Position numbers and translations under genes: made by a program. Shown in pieces: positions 25,440-45,847 of a stretch of DNA of 55,685 nucleotides; within the stretch, counting starts at the first letter, position 1, and every line of letters starts with the position of its first letter. Source of the stretch: Eledone cirrhosa (taxonomy: Eukaryota); assembly GCA_964016885.1 (NCBI GenBank), contig CAXHJY010000953.1:1-55685 (forward strand). The letters are read 5' to 3'. The notes beneath the pieces were generated by a model, which worked only from the letters and a program-made list of their open reading frames with translations, was not told the origin of the DNA and did not search any database.

Positions 25440-26240
25440 CGACAGTTGATCGACAAGATCGAATAACGTGAAAACAAGTGGGTAGCGATCTCTAGACCAA
25501 CCAGTTCAGAGAAACAATTGTCAGCAATGAGATTAAAAACCTTGTTTGTATAGCAAACCGTGTCACTCTTCTTTCCTGATTTATCATTACTCCAAGTGTT
25601 TACAACATAGGAATTACAGCGTACTCGCAGCATCACTATGGAAACGCCTTGTTGAGTCAAACTTAGACAAGCGTTGATATCATCCACTACCCGGAGTACC
25701 ATAACCGGACTACACTTAAGTGGACTACCTATAACAATAATATGTTACCACGTATATATATATATATTTATATATAATGTTCCGAAGAGATTCTTTTGGT
25801 AAAAATACGAGTAAGCAGGAGAAAGCTCTCAACATTCGTAGTTTGTAGTTACGATGGAGATTCAGTATAATAAAAACATTAATAAAAATTCTGGTGTTAC
25901 ATAAATCGTTTATTCATCAACGATTTATGTAACATCACTATCTTAATATTATTATTATTATTTATATATATATATATGCACACATACTATAGTAAACGTT
26001 AGAAGTATCCAAGGTTAAGAACAGTCAGGCTATTCGAGTTTAGTAAAAAATAGTTACCGTGACATAAACAGATACTTCAGTATGGAGGCGGTGTCACATT
26101 TTCATTACGTTTATTCAGGTGTAACTGGCATTTCACGATTGATCAACTCAAGGTTCAAACACTGTCGACCGGGCCCGACTCTGGAATCAAAAGCTCATCA
26201 AACTTCTGTTTGCATAATAACCAGTAAATCGATGCAATTC

Positions 26241-26346
<106 letters not shown>

Positions 26347-26513
26347 ATATTAACAAATGGAAACTATATTTATAAAACCATATTTATTTCAGTATACATA
26401 TTTCAAGGACACCAATATATTGTATTTTTACTCCAAATATTTGTTGGGTGCTTTATATCAATCAGATATAAAAATATTTGCTTGTCGTATCCCAACAAAT
26501 TAAATATAACTTC

Positions 26514-26571
<58 letters not shown>

Positions 26572-27180
26572 TATATTTAATATTATGTATGATCACGTCT
26601 TGTGACCCCACCTCCATCTATTTAAAGATGCAGTGACAAAGGACCAAGAGCCTATATAACAATCACGGACAGCATTTGATGACAAAACTATGAACATGAT
26701 ATTACTACATTATCGCAAACGTGCGTGGTATTCTCTTTACTGTAATGTGTTTATATAGTTCCACAGAGTCCGTATCCGGAGGTCCAGGATGGTTAGGGTA
26801 GTTGTGAAAAGGGAAGTACAGATGTTTTCAAAATACGCCTTGGCAACACTAGTCTACATGAGAACCTATATCTAAAGGTTCTAAGAAGTTACGCAGGACC
26901 CTAACACACTAGCGACTACAAACACCACACACTTCAGGAAAGTAAAATTATTTTATTGAGCATTTACACATCCAGTATATATATATATGTATATTATATA
27001 TATAGGATGTGTAAATGCAAGTAAATGCAAATGTAAGTCTAGAAATAGTCGTCGAAACGACTTGAGCTCTGCCGTCGGGGTCATAATTGTTCCTATTACC
27101 CACTCTACTACTCTAAGTATTGAGTACTTTAGTGCGTTATGGTCCATCTGGTTCCTTACCACAATTCCTTCGTTGTATAT

Positions 27181-27259
<79 letters not shown>

Positions 27260-27667
27260 ATACAGAGAGAGAAAGAGAGAGAGAGAGTGGATTGGTGAGT
27301 CAGTGTGTGAGTCAGTGTGTAGATCTTAACGTCTTCATATGTCCTATGACTATCCTACAAAAGCTTTTTTTGTGAGCTCACAAATCAAGACGAGATAGGA
27401 CGGAATAAATTAGGAACACAAAATAAATTAGCCACTGAGGAGGTCACAGAATGTGTAACGAATGAGCTTTCACAATAACCATGAAAAACCCTCTGACAAT
27501 TAAACTAACCAACTGGAAATGTATAACAAATTGAAGTGAAAATCGATAGGTGCGTGTGTTTTTATGGTAACATGACCCTCCCAAAGTATAACAATATCTG
27601 TTTCAACACACGTTTACTTTATAAGAAATCATGCAAAGCAAATACAAAAGAAAGTATATAAATATAT

Positions 27668-27716
<49 letters not shown>

Positions 27717-28130
27717 TATGTATATATATACAGCTATACATCTATACATATACATCTATACATATACATCTATACATATATATATACATCTATACATATA
27801 TACATCTATACATATATACATATATACATCTATACATATATTTATACATATATACATATATTTATACATATATACATATATTTATACATATATACATATA
27901 TTTATACATATATACATATATTTATACATATATACATACATTTATACATATATACATAAAAATATACATACATATATTTATACATATATACATAAATATA
28001 TACATACAGATATACATATATACATAAATATATACATACAGATATACATATATACATAAATATATACATACATATATACATATATACATACATAGATACA
28101 TATATACATACATATATACATATATACATA

Positions 28131-28861
28131 CATGGTGGCTGCCAACTCGTTTTCGAGTAAGGCCACTACTTTATATCCATGTAAGAGAACCCCTACCGAT
28201 GCGCTGAACGAGTGTGACTTTTTAGTCAAGTCAGTGACTTGAAAACTCTGGTACAAACACTACAATTGTGACAATTATTGACACATAGTGCTAGGCCCAT
28301 GGTACCATGTGACGACAAGTGCAGAGAGATCTCCAGATATAAAGCAATGCCTGTGCCGTGAAGCTTTTATAGTGAGCAAAGGCACTGCACAAAGCCAGTC
28401 CCACTCTCTTACCAAGATGATATTTACCAAAAAGAAGAACAAGTCAACATCATTGGATACCATCAGGGTTGCAGGTGTTATATCAGAGTTTTCCTTCTCC
28501 TAGAATTCTGCCTTGACAAAGGCTAAGGGGTCATCTCTCTCGGTGATTTTGGATGGCTATTGACTCTTAAGAGCTCCTTTGCCCTTTGACAGGTTTTGTT
28601 TTTAGTCCTGCAGGATGTCCAAAGTCACCCTCCTCACCAAGAAACCTTGGTGGGGTTCCCAGTTTAGTCGTCAACAACCCGACCATGAGAAAGGTTGTAC
28701 TGGGATACATGCTAACAGTAGCACCAACTGGTGACGTGACAACATATATACATACATATATACATACATGATGGCTGCCCCCTCGTTATCGAGTATGGCC
28801 ATTGCACGAGGAGAAAAAAAAAATAAATAAAAAATAATAAATAAAAATTAATAAATAAATA

Positions 28862-28895
<34 letters not shown>

Positions 28896-29485
28896 TACAT
28901 ACACATACATACATACACACACACACATATACACACACACACATATGCATTAATAACAATAATAATAATAACAACAATAATAATAACGACAACAACAATA
29001 ATAATATACATATACATATATATATATACACATACACGCACACACATAAACATATCTATACACACACACACACACGATAGCAACTAACAGCGCTGCGATC
29101 GAATGTGGCTTTTTAGCCCAGCCAATGATCTAAAATGTCTTGCACAGGGTCGGCAACTAAAACATTCACTGGGAATAGTCGGCTGTGGTTGGAGTTCGTG
29201 TACTTTTGCATGTCGCTTGAGCCCTGCTGCTGATTTACATTCTCTACCACATGCTTGGCAAGCATGATGAGTAGCATCTCCAACAGCAGCCTGGTAGTCA
29301 ACCACTGGTCTTACTTTATGACTGCGAAGATGACTTTCGAGTCCAGCTTTGCTTCGGCAGAGTCTCGCACAGACGCTGCATGTCAGCACCATAGGAGGAC
29401 CCTCGCCGTCTGGAAGTGCAACAACAATGCCATATACATACATACATACATACATACATACATACATACATACATACATACATAC

Positions 29486-29516
<31 letters not shown>

Positions 29517-30439
29517 CATACATACATACATACATACATACATACACAAAATTTGCAAAACATTCTTGCGATTCAAGGGTTGACAATTTCTTTTCTTTTA
29601 CAACCTTGCCACCAGGAAGGTGGCCAGTCAAAAAAATATACTCGAAATTAAGAGAAAGAGATAACATATATACATACATACATATATGGTGGCTGCCAAT
29701 TCGTTTTCGAGTACTGCCACTACTTTATATCCATGTAGGAGAACCACTACCGATGCGCTGAACGAGTGTGGCTTTTTAGTCCAGTCAGTGACTTGAAAAC
29801 TCTGGTACAAACACTACACTTGTGACAAATATTGACACAGTGCTGGGCCCATGGTACCATGTGACGACAAGTGCAGAGAAATCTCCAGATATAAAGCAAT
29901 GCCTGTACCGTGAAGCTTTTATAGTAAGCAAAGGCACTGCACAAAGCCAGTCCCACTCTCTTAACCAAGATGATATTTACCAAAAAGAAGAACAAGTCAA
30001 CATCATTGGATACCATCAGGGCTGCAGGTGTTATATCAGAGTTTTCCTTCTCCTAGAATTCTGCCTTGACAAAGGCTAAGAGGTCATCTCTCCCGGTGAT
30101 TTTGGATGGCTATTGACTCTTAAGAGCTCCTTTGCCCTTTGACAGGTTTTGTTTTTACTCCTGCAGGATGTCCAAAGTCACCCTCCTCACCAAGAAACCT
30201 TGGTGGGGTTCCCAGTTTAGTCGTCAACAACCTGACCATGAGAAAGGTTGTACTGGGATACATGCTACCAGTAGCACCAACTGGTGACGTGACATACATA
30301 TATACATACATATATACATACATGATGGCTTCCCCCTCGTTATCGAGTATGGCCATTGCACGAGGAGAAAAAAAATAAATAAATAAAAAATAATAAATAA
30401 AAATTAATAAATAAATAAAAAATAAAAATAAAAATAAAA

Positions 30440-30498
<59 letters not shown>

Positions 30499-31756
30499 GA
30501 TACACACATACATATACATTAATAACAATAATAATAACAACAATAATAATAACGACAACAACAATAATAATATACATATACATATACACATACACGCACG
30601 CACATAAACATATCTATACACACACACACACACACACGATAGCAACTAACAGCGCTGCGATCGAATGTGGCTTTTTAGCCCAGCCAATGATCTAAAATGT
30701 CTTGCACAGAGTCGGCAACCAAAACATTCACTGGGAATAGTCGGCTGTGGTTGGAGTTCGTGTACTTTTGCATGTCGCTTGAGCCCTGCTGCTGATTTAC
30801 ATTCTCTACCACATGCTTGGCAAGCATGATGAGTAGCATCTCCAACAGCAGCCTGGTAGTCAACCACTGGTCTTACTTTATGACTGCGAAGATGACTTTC
30901 GAGTCCAGCTTTGCTTCGGCAGAGTCTCGCACAGACGCTGCATGTCAGCACCATAGGAGGACCCTCACCGTCTGGAAATGCAACAACAATGCCATATACA
31001 TACATGGTGGCTGCCAACTCGTTTTCGAGTACGGCCACTACTTTATGTCCATGTAGGAGAACCCCTACCCATGCGCTGAACGTGTGTGACTTTTTAGTCC
31101 AGCCAGCGACTTGAAAACTCTGGTATAAACACTACACTTGTGACAATTATTGACACATAGTGCTGGACCCATGGTACCATGTGACGACAAGTGCAGAGAG
31201 ATCTCCAGATATAAAGCAATGCCTGTGCCGTGAAGCTTTTATAGTGAGCAAAGGCACTGCACAAAGCCAGTCCCACTCTCTTAACCAAGATGATATTTAC
31301 CAAAAAGAAGAACAAGTCAACATCATTGGATACCACCAGGGTTGCAGGTGTTATATCAGAGTTTTCCTTCTCCTAGAATTCTGCCTTGACAAAGGCTAAG
31401 AGGTCATCTCTCCCGGTGATTTTGGATGGCTATTGACTCTTAAGAGCTCCTTTGCCCTTTGACAGGTTTTGTTTTTAGTCCTGCAGGATGTCCAAAGTCA
31501 CCCTCCTCACCAAGAAACCTTGGTGGGGTTCCCAGTTTAGTCGTCAACAACCCGACCATGAGAAAGGTTGTACTGGGATACATGCTACCAGTAGCACCAA
31601 CTGGTGACGTGACATACATATATAGATACATATATACATACATGATGGCTGCCCCCTCGTTATCGAGTATGGCCATTGCACGAGGAGAAAAAAAAAAAAA
31701 TAAAAAATAATAAATAAAAATTAATAAATAAATAAAAAATAAAAATAAAAATAAAA

Positions 31757-31791
<35 letters not shown>

Positions 31792-32294
31792 CATACACAC
31801 ACACACATATACACACATACATATACATTAATAACAATAATAATAACAACAATAATAATAACGACAACAACAATAATAATATACATATACATATACACAT
31901 ACACGCACACACATAAACATATCTATACACACACACGATAGCAACTAACAGCGCTGCGATCGAATGTGGCTTTTTAGCCCAGCCAATGATCTAAAATGTC
32001 TTGCACAGAGTCGGCAACCAAAACATTCACTGGGAATAGTCGGCTGTGGTTGGAGTTCGTGTACTTTTGCATGTCGCTTGAGCCCTCCTGCTGATTTACA
32101 TTCTCTACCACATGCTTGGCAAGCATGATGAGTAGCATCTCCAACAGCAGCCTGGTAGTCAACCACTGGTCTTACTTTATGACTGCGAAGATGACTTTCG
32201 AGTCCAGCTTTGCCTCGGCAGAGTCTCGCACAGACGCTGCATGTCAGCACCATAGGAGGACCCTCGCCGTCTGGAAGTGCAACAACAATGCCAT

Positions 32295-32325
<31 letters not shown>

Positions 32326-32925
32326 CATACATACATACACAAAATTTGCAAAACATTCTTGCGATTCAAGGGATGACAATTTCTTTTCTTTTACAACCTT
32401 GCCACCAGGAAGGTGGCCAGTCAAAAAAATATACTCGAAATTAAGAGAAAGAGATAACATATATACATACATACATATATGGTGGCTGCCAATTCGTTTT
32501 CGAGTACTGCCACTACTTTATATCCATGTAGGAGAACCACTACCGATGCGCTGAACGAGTGTGGCTTTTTAGTCCAGTCAGTGACTTGAAAACTCTGGTA
32601 CAAAAACTACACTTGTGACAATTATTGACACATAGTGCTGGGCACATGGTACCATGTGACGACAAGTGCAGAGAGATCTCCAGATATAAATCAATGCCTG
32701 TGCCGTGAAGCTTTTATAGTGACCAAAGGCACTGCACAAAGCCAGTCCCACTCTATTAACCAAGATGATATTTACCAAAAAGAAGAACAAGTCAACATCA
32801 TTGGATACCATCAGGGTTTCAGGTGTTATATCAGAGTTTTCCTTCTCCTAGAATTCTGCCGTCACAAAGGCTAAGGGGTCATCTCTCCCGGTGATTTTGG
32901 ATGGCCATTGACTCTTAAGAGGCCC
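28131..32925 (-). repeat. Composite tandem array of element B and RTE 3' end (order on + strand: B-A-C-B-A-B-A-C-B partial)
   Basis: B at 28131-28740, 29685-30293, 31003-31613 and 32479-32925. A (zinc-finger 3' end) at 28771-29431, 30322-30992 and 31642-32292. Spacer C at ~29545-29668 and ~32338-32460. Confidence 0.92.
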
Positions 32926-32970
32926 TTTATATATATACATATATACACATATATATATACATATATACAC

Positions 32971-33013
<43 letters not shown>

Positions 33014-33095
33014 TATATATACATATATATGTACATATATATATACACATATATACACATATATATACACATATATATACACATATATATACACA

Positions 33096-36000
33096 TTTTT
33101 CCTTAACGCCCAAGGCATCAGCCCTTCCACCAATACGCAAAAATGGAAGATCAAATTCCTGGAGGACTGGGTTGATGTCCATCCAAACCACATCCCTTTC
33201 TTCGTCCTCACTGAAACCCATCTCAGTAACCTCCACTTGGAAGGCGAGGTGAAAGTGAAAAATTTCAAAGCCATCCGTGCTGATCAGCTGGCAGAAGAAA
33301 GGGTGGGACTGCCATTTATGTCCATAATTCTTTCTCAACAGAGGCTATGAACATACTTACTAATGGATACTGCGAAGCAGTCACTGTATTCAGTCAAACC
33401 AACAACCTAATAGTAGTTGGGCTCTATAGGCCACCCCAAACGCCTCTACCATGCTTCAAGGAATGCCTCAACAGCATAAAGTGTTTCATCCAAGAGTGTC
33501 ACCCTGACAACATCTTAATGATGGGGGACTTCAACCTCCCCGGTGTTGACTGGTCCACAAACAGCCTGCCACCAGGTTCTTCTGCCTCAACCTCTGACAG
33601 GGAAGCAGTGGAATCGCTTCTTGACTTCATGGATGATTTCTTCCTGTCCCAACTGGTGCTCGAACCAACGAGGTGCCACAAAATCGTCCTAGACTTAATT
33701 TTCAGCAATCACACTGATAATATCCACAATATTGCAGTGGAGAAAACTCTACTCTCTGATCATGACATGGTTCTCTGTGATCTGAGATTCCACCGTCCAA
33801 TATACAAACCCAATGTCATCTCTCCTGTCCATCCGTTTGACGCTATGGATTTCCACAATGCAAACTGGGAAGTGATCAGTCATGATCTTGCACATGTCGA
33901 CTGGTCCTTCACGCACACTCATACACCCACTAACATCAAAAAGTCCTGGCAGACATTTGTGGACACTGTTACAAACATATGTGCAAAACACACCCCATTA
34001 AGAACTATAAACAAATCTAAGAGAAGAATCCCTAGAAATAGAAAAACGCTCATCAGGAAAATTAAGAGAACTAACAAAAAAATCAACAAGCTGAAATACT
34101 GTCAGCAGCAACACATCAACTTGACTGCCATTTCATCACTAGAGATTAAAAAACATAATCTCCAAAACAATATGATGTCTATCATCATCAATCAGAGAAG
34201 AGCTGAAGAGGCCTGGGTCATTGAGAAGATCAAACTCAAAGTGTTCTTTTCATTTGCAAACAAACACAAAATCACTGGCTCTACTGTTGGCCCTCTAATT
34301 GATGAAAATGGCACTCTTCAAGACGATGCTAAAACCATGGGTGAGATACTGCAGAAACAATACTGCTCTGTTTTCAGCAATCCTGATATGGCCGATCTGG
34401 GCTGTATCGGCGATGTTACTCCCCATTACACCTTATCAGACATAACGTTTGGCGCCCCTGATGTCTTAGCGGCAATAAAGGAAATCAAGCATAATTCAGC
34501 AGTAGGTCCCGATAGGTTCCCTGCTTGTGTCTTGAAGGCGTGTCAACACCAACTTGCATCTCCTCTTGCCAATCTGTGGCGGAACTCACTGGATGCTGGA
34601 TATGGGCCAGAAAACCTTCTATCCCAGTCTGTTGTCCCAGTTTTCAAAAAAGGAAACAAATCTCTTGCCGTGAATTACCGTCCAATCTCACTCACCTCTC
34701 ATATCATTAAGGTATTTGAGAGAGTGGTGAGATCGCGAATGACTCACTTCCTTGAGAGTAACAATATGCTGAACTCCAACCAGCATGGATTCCGTAATGG
34801 AAGGGATTGCGTGACGCAGCTACTGCATCACTTTGATGACATTTTGAGAGCTTTGGGAGAGGGTTCCAACACTGATGTTATCTACCTTGATTTCAGCAAG
34901 GCCTATGACAGGGTTGATCACAACATTCTACTGAGAAAGCTGTCCAATATTGGTGTCACTGGAAAGCTGCTGCACTGGATCAAGAGCTTCCTGTCAAACA
35001 GAACCCAACATGTTGTAGTCGAAGGAATCAAATGCAGCCCAGCCAAAGTCAGTAGTGGGGTCCCACAAGGCACTGTGTTGGGCCCACTTCTCTTCATTAT
35101 CTATATTAATGACATCACTGACATCATCAAACACAGCAGCATTAGAATTTTCGCTGATGATTCCAAGCTCCAAAAGGTCATCTATGGCGTGGATGACCGG
35201 ATAAGCCTTCAGTCAGACCTACTGGCTGTTACCCAATGGGCGGAAAAGAACAACATGTTACTGAACGAAGACAAATTCGAACTGATCCACTTTGGAAAAG
35301 AGGATGTTCTGAAACTCCCGTACTCCCTTCCCTCCGGTGAAACTCTCGTGGCATCTAACAACATCAGAGACTTGGGAGTAACCGTGGACAGCAACATAAG
35401 CTGGGCCACGCATATAAGCAGCAAAGTTGACATGGCCCGCAGAATGTGTTCCTGGCTCCTCAGAACCTTCCAGTCGAGAGATTCCCACACCATTATCCTT
35501 CTCTTCTCCACTTTTGCCTGACCACAGCTTGAATACTGTTGTCCACTGTGGTCTCCCCACACGAAACAAAGTATCATGAAACTTGAAGCTCCCCAAAGGG
35601 CAATCACGAAAAAGATAGATGGCATGTCAGACCTTGACTACTGGGGTCGACTAGAAAAGCTGAAACTTTACTCTCTCCAACGTCGCCGTGAGCGTTATAT
35701 TATCTGCATGATGTGGAAAATGTTTCATCAGCACTGCCCAAATGATGTTGGCATCACCTTCAAAATACACCCAAGGCTTGGGCCCCGTGCTATCCGTCCC
35801 AAACAAAAATCTAAATCGCAACACATAACAACAATGCGGCACAATTATTTCACCTCAATTGGACCTGCTCTCTTCAACATCACACCAGGACACGTCAAAA
35901 CAGAAACTGACCACACAAAATTCAAGAAGTCTTTGGACAAATTCCTCCAAGTAATCCCGGACAAACCACCCACACCCGGATATGTCTCCGCAAACAGTAA

Positions 36001-36123
36001 TTCTCTTCTCGAATGGGCTATGGTGCCCAAATCCTGAGTTGAAAGACTTCGCCAGGTGGTGCTATTAACTTAGACATGGCCTGGGCCAATACTGGCCAAA
36101 ACTTTCAAAGTTATTCAAAGTTA
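33096..36123 (+). mobile_element. CR1-group LINE ORF2 (APE + RT), 5'-truncated, inserted in TA-rich microsatellite
   Basis: [79 protein letters not shown]. Tail (TTCAAAGTTA)2. Confidence 0.93.
33347..36037 (+). pseudogene. LINE ORF2 interrupted by one nonsense codon (35519-35521), with a frameshift upstream near 33285
   Basis: ORFs 33347-35521 and 35576-36037 are in the same frame. The truncated copies have CGA (FARPHLEY) where this copy has TGA. Confidence 0.9.
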
Positions 36124-37102
36124 TATATACATATATATATAGATATAAATATATATATACATATATATACATATATATATACATATATATATACATATAT
36201 ATATACATATATATATACATATAAATATACATATATATATACATATATATATACATATGTAGATAAATCTACTAAAATTTTACGGTAGTGTCCAATCCGT
36301 ATGAAGAACTCAATGTAATCCGGATATCATGGAAAGAAGAGATGCATTCAAAAATCACTTTCGGTGAAAGATAAACGGAATACAGAGTCAAGATAAAATA
36401 TTAAAAAAATAATTGTTGGAGACGCAGGACATGGTAGCGATAATGAGGGACAGAGACCGCTGGAGTGGACTCGTCCATGGATCTCGGGAATTTTACCCAC
36501 CTTAGATATATATATATATATATATATGCATGTATATATATGCATATATATATATATGCATATGTATATATATATATCCATATATATATGCATGTATATA
36601 TATGCATATATATATATATATAGGCATATATATATATATATATATATATAGGCATATATATATGTATATATATATATATAGGCATATATATATATATATA
36701 TATGCATGTATATAAATATATATAGGCATGTACACACATATATATATATAGGCATATATATATATATATATAGGCATGTATATATATATAGGCATGTATA
36801 TATATACACATATATATATATAGGCATATATATATATATATAGGCATATATATATATATATATATAGGCATGTATATATATATATACACATATATATATA
36901 GGCATATATATATATATACACACATATATATATATATATAGGCATATATATATATATATACACATATATATATATATAGGCATATATATATATATATATA
37001 TATATAGGCATATATATATATATAGGCATGTATATATATATAGGCATGTATATATATATATATATATATATATAGGCATATATATATATATATATATATA
37101 TA

Positions 37103-37160
<58 letters not shown>

Positions 37161-37188
37161 CATATATATATATATATATATATATATA

Positions 37189-37222
<34 letters not shown>

Positions 37223-37512
37223 CATATATATATATATATATATGCATGTATATAAATATATATAGGCATGTACACATATATATATATATAGGCATATATA
37301 TATATATATATAGGCATGTATATATATATAGGCATGTATATATATACACATATATATATATATATATAGGCATATATATATATATATAGGCATATATATA
37401 TATATATAGGCATGTATATATATATATACACATATATATATATATACACATAAAATATTTAAAAAATAATGAATAAAACAATGAAACAGTTCCTTATATT
37501 AAACAAAAAAAG

Positions 37513-37667
37513 TTCATTATTTAACGATCGTTTCTAGGATATATATGTGTTAGAATTGGCATGCATATTCAACAGATCTATGTACAAAATTATACAAAAT
37601 TATACAAACTATCAAAATTAAATATACATACCAAACACATATATATGCCGTCTTCAGAAATAATGAA
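37513..37667 (-). ncRNA. Best-preserved family B hammerhead (116-nt helix II)
   Basis: TTCATTATTT-CTGAAGA-cGGc-ATATATATGTGTT-TGGTATGTATATTTAA...TTGAATATGCATGCCA..AACACATATATAT-CC-ta-GAAA-CGATCG-TT-AAATAATGAA. Perfect 10-bp helix I. Confidence 0.75.
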
Positions 37668-38804
37668 ATATATTTATTGATAATAACAACAATTCAAAAT
37701 TTCAGGTCCGTTTGGGAACAGAGTTCAAATTGACCAATGAAAATACAAAAAATGTTATGCAGTTAGGTGTGTGTATATACATGTAATTAACTTCGTACAC
37801 ATATTTGCATAAAGATATATGTTCACATGCATACACATGCCAAAAAGATGTATGTAAATACAAAAATTCAAGGCTAATGTCTCTGTAAGTTTATAATCTA
37901 CAGATAAAATGCGTATAGACACATAAATATAAAATAAAATAAATGTATACACACATTCATATACTCACACATATTCGTACACTCACACACACACGCGCGT
38001 ATATGCATAAACATACACATAACTACGAACATACATACACACACATACCCCCACACACATATATATGTGTATATAGTATTATCATAAGCATATGGACATT
38101 AATGCACGCACATAAACACTGCCACACATATTTAGATCAGGATACAGAAATTAGGTGCGAGGGGGGGAGAGGTCAGTATTCAACGGTGTCTGCAGACTGC
38201 CTATTTATAAATGTATCTATAAACTTAGAAATAAAAAGAAAAGAAAAAGAAAAAAGAAATATATCAAGAAAATATATATATATATATACACACACACATA
38301 CACACACACACACACACACATATACATATACATATATATATATATACACATATATATACACATATATACACACATATATACACACACATATATATATACA
38401 CATATACATACACATACATATATATATATACAAACAAGTAAAATATAAAATATACATCGATATACATACATATAGACATATAAATAAATACACACGCATA
38501 CACACACATATATATATATATATATATAGGCATATATATATATATACACATATATATATATATATAGGCATATATATATATATATATAGGCATGTATATA
38601 TATATATATATAGGCATGTATATATATATATATATATATAGGCATATATATATATATATATATATATAGGCATATATATATATATATATATATAGGCATA
38701 TATATATATATATAGGCATGTATATATATATATATAGGCATATATATATATATATATATATAGACATATATATATATATATAGACATATATATATATATA
38801 TATA

Positions 38805-38876
<72 letters not shown>

Positions 38877-38879
38877 TAT

Positions 38880-38967
<88 letters not shown>

Positions 38968-38996
38968 CATATATATATATATATATATATATAGGC

Positions 38997-39153
<157 letters not shown>

Positions 39154-39184
39154 CATATATATATATATATATATATATGTAGGC

Positions 39185-39269
<85 letters not shown>

Positions 39270-39277
39270 TATATATA

Positions 39278-44737
<5,460 letters not shown>

Positions 44738-44749
44738 TATATATATATA

Positions 44750-44859
<110 letters not shown>

Positions 44860-44873
44860 TATATATATATATA

Positions 44874-44929
<56 letters not shown>

Positions 44930-45082
44930 TATATATATATATATATATGTAGATAAATCTACCAAGAGTTTACGGTAGTGTCCAATCCGTATGAAGAACT
45001 CAATGTATTCCGGATATCATGGAAAGAAGAGATGTAATGAAAATCCACTTTCGGTGAAAGATAAACGGTATACAGAGTCAAG

Positions 45083-45539
45083 ATAAAATATTAAACAAAT
45101 AATGAACAAACAATTCCTTATATTAAACAAAAAAAGTTCACTATTTAACGATCGTTTCTAGGGTATATATGTGTTATAATTGGTATGCATATTTAACAGA
45201 TCTATGTACAAAATTATACAAAATTATACAAATTATCAAGATTAAATATACATACCTAACTCATATATACGCCGTCTTCAGAAGACGGCGTATATATGAG
45301 TTAGGTATGTATATTTAATCTTGATAATTTGTATAATTTTGTATAATTTCTGAAGACGGCGTATATATGAGTTAGGTATGTATATTTAATCTTGATAATT
45401 TGTATAATTTTGTATAATTTTGTACATAGATCTGTTAAATATGCATACCAATTATAACACATATATACCCTAGAAACGATCGTTAAATAGTGAACTTTTT
45501 TTGTTTAATATAAGGAATTGTTTGTTCATTATTTGTTTA

Positions 45540-45548
<9 letters not shown>
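45083..45548. repeat. Fold-back palindrome of a family B hammerhead region
   Basis: Apex cgccgtcttc-a-gaagacggcg at ~45280, a partial inverted copy 45281-45349, then a full inverted copy 45350-45548. Confidence 0.92.
45346..45488 (+). ncRNA. Family B hammerhead copy (116-nt helix II)
   Basis: ATTT-CTGAAGA-cGGc-GTATATATGAGTT...AACACATATATAC-CC-ta-GAAA-CGATCG-TT-AAAT. Confidence 0.65.
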
Positions 45549-45619
<71 letters not shown>

Positions 45620-45641
45620 TATATATATATATATATATATA

Positions 45642-45847
<206 letters not shown>

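Noticed and set aside
27430-27475. Family A hammerhead copy
   Set aside because: GAAA mutated to GAAT and helix I lost. Counted only as a diverged repeat.
29084-32472. Host C2H2 zinc-finger gene cluster
   Set aside because: The fingers are near-identical to the RTE C-terminus, lack TGEKP linkers, and the start codons come from (ATGT)n or neighbouring repeats.
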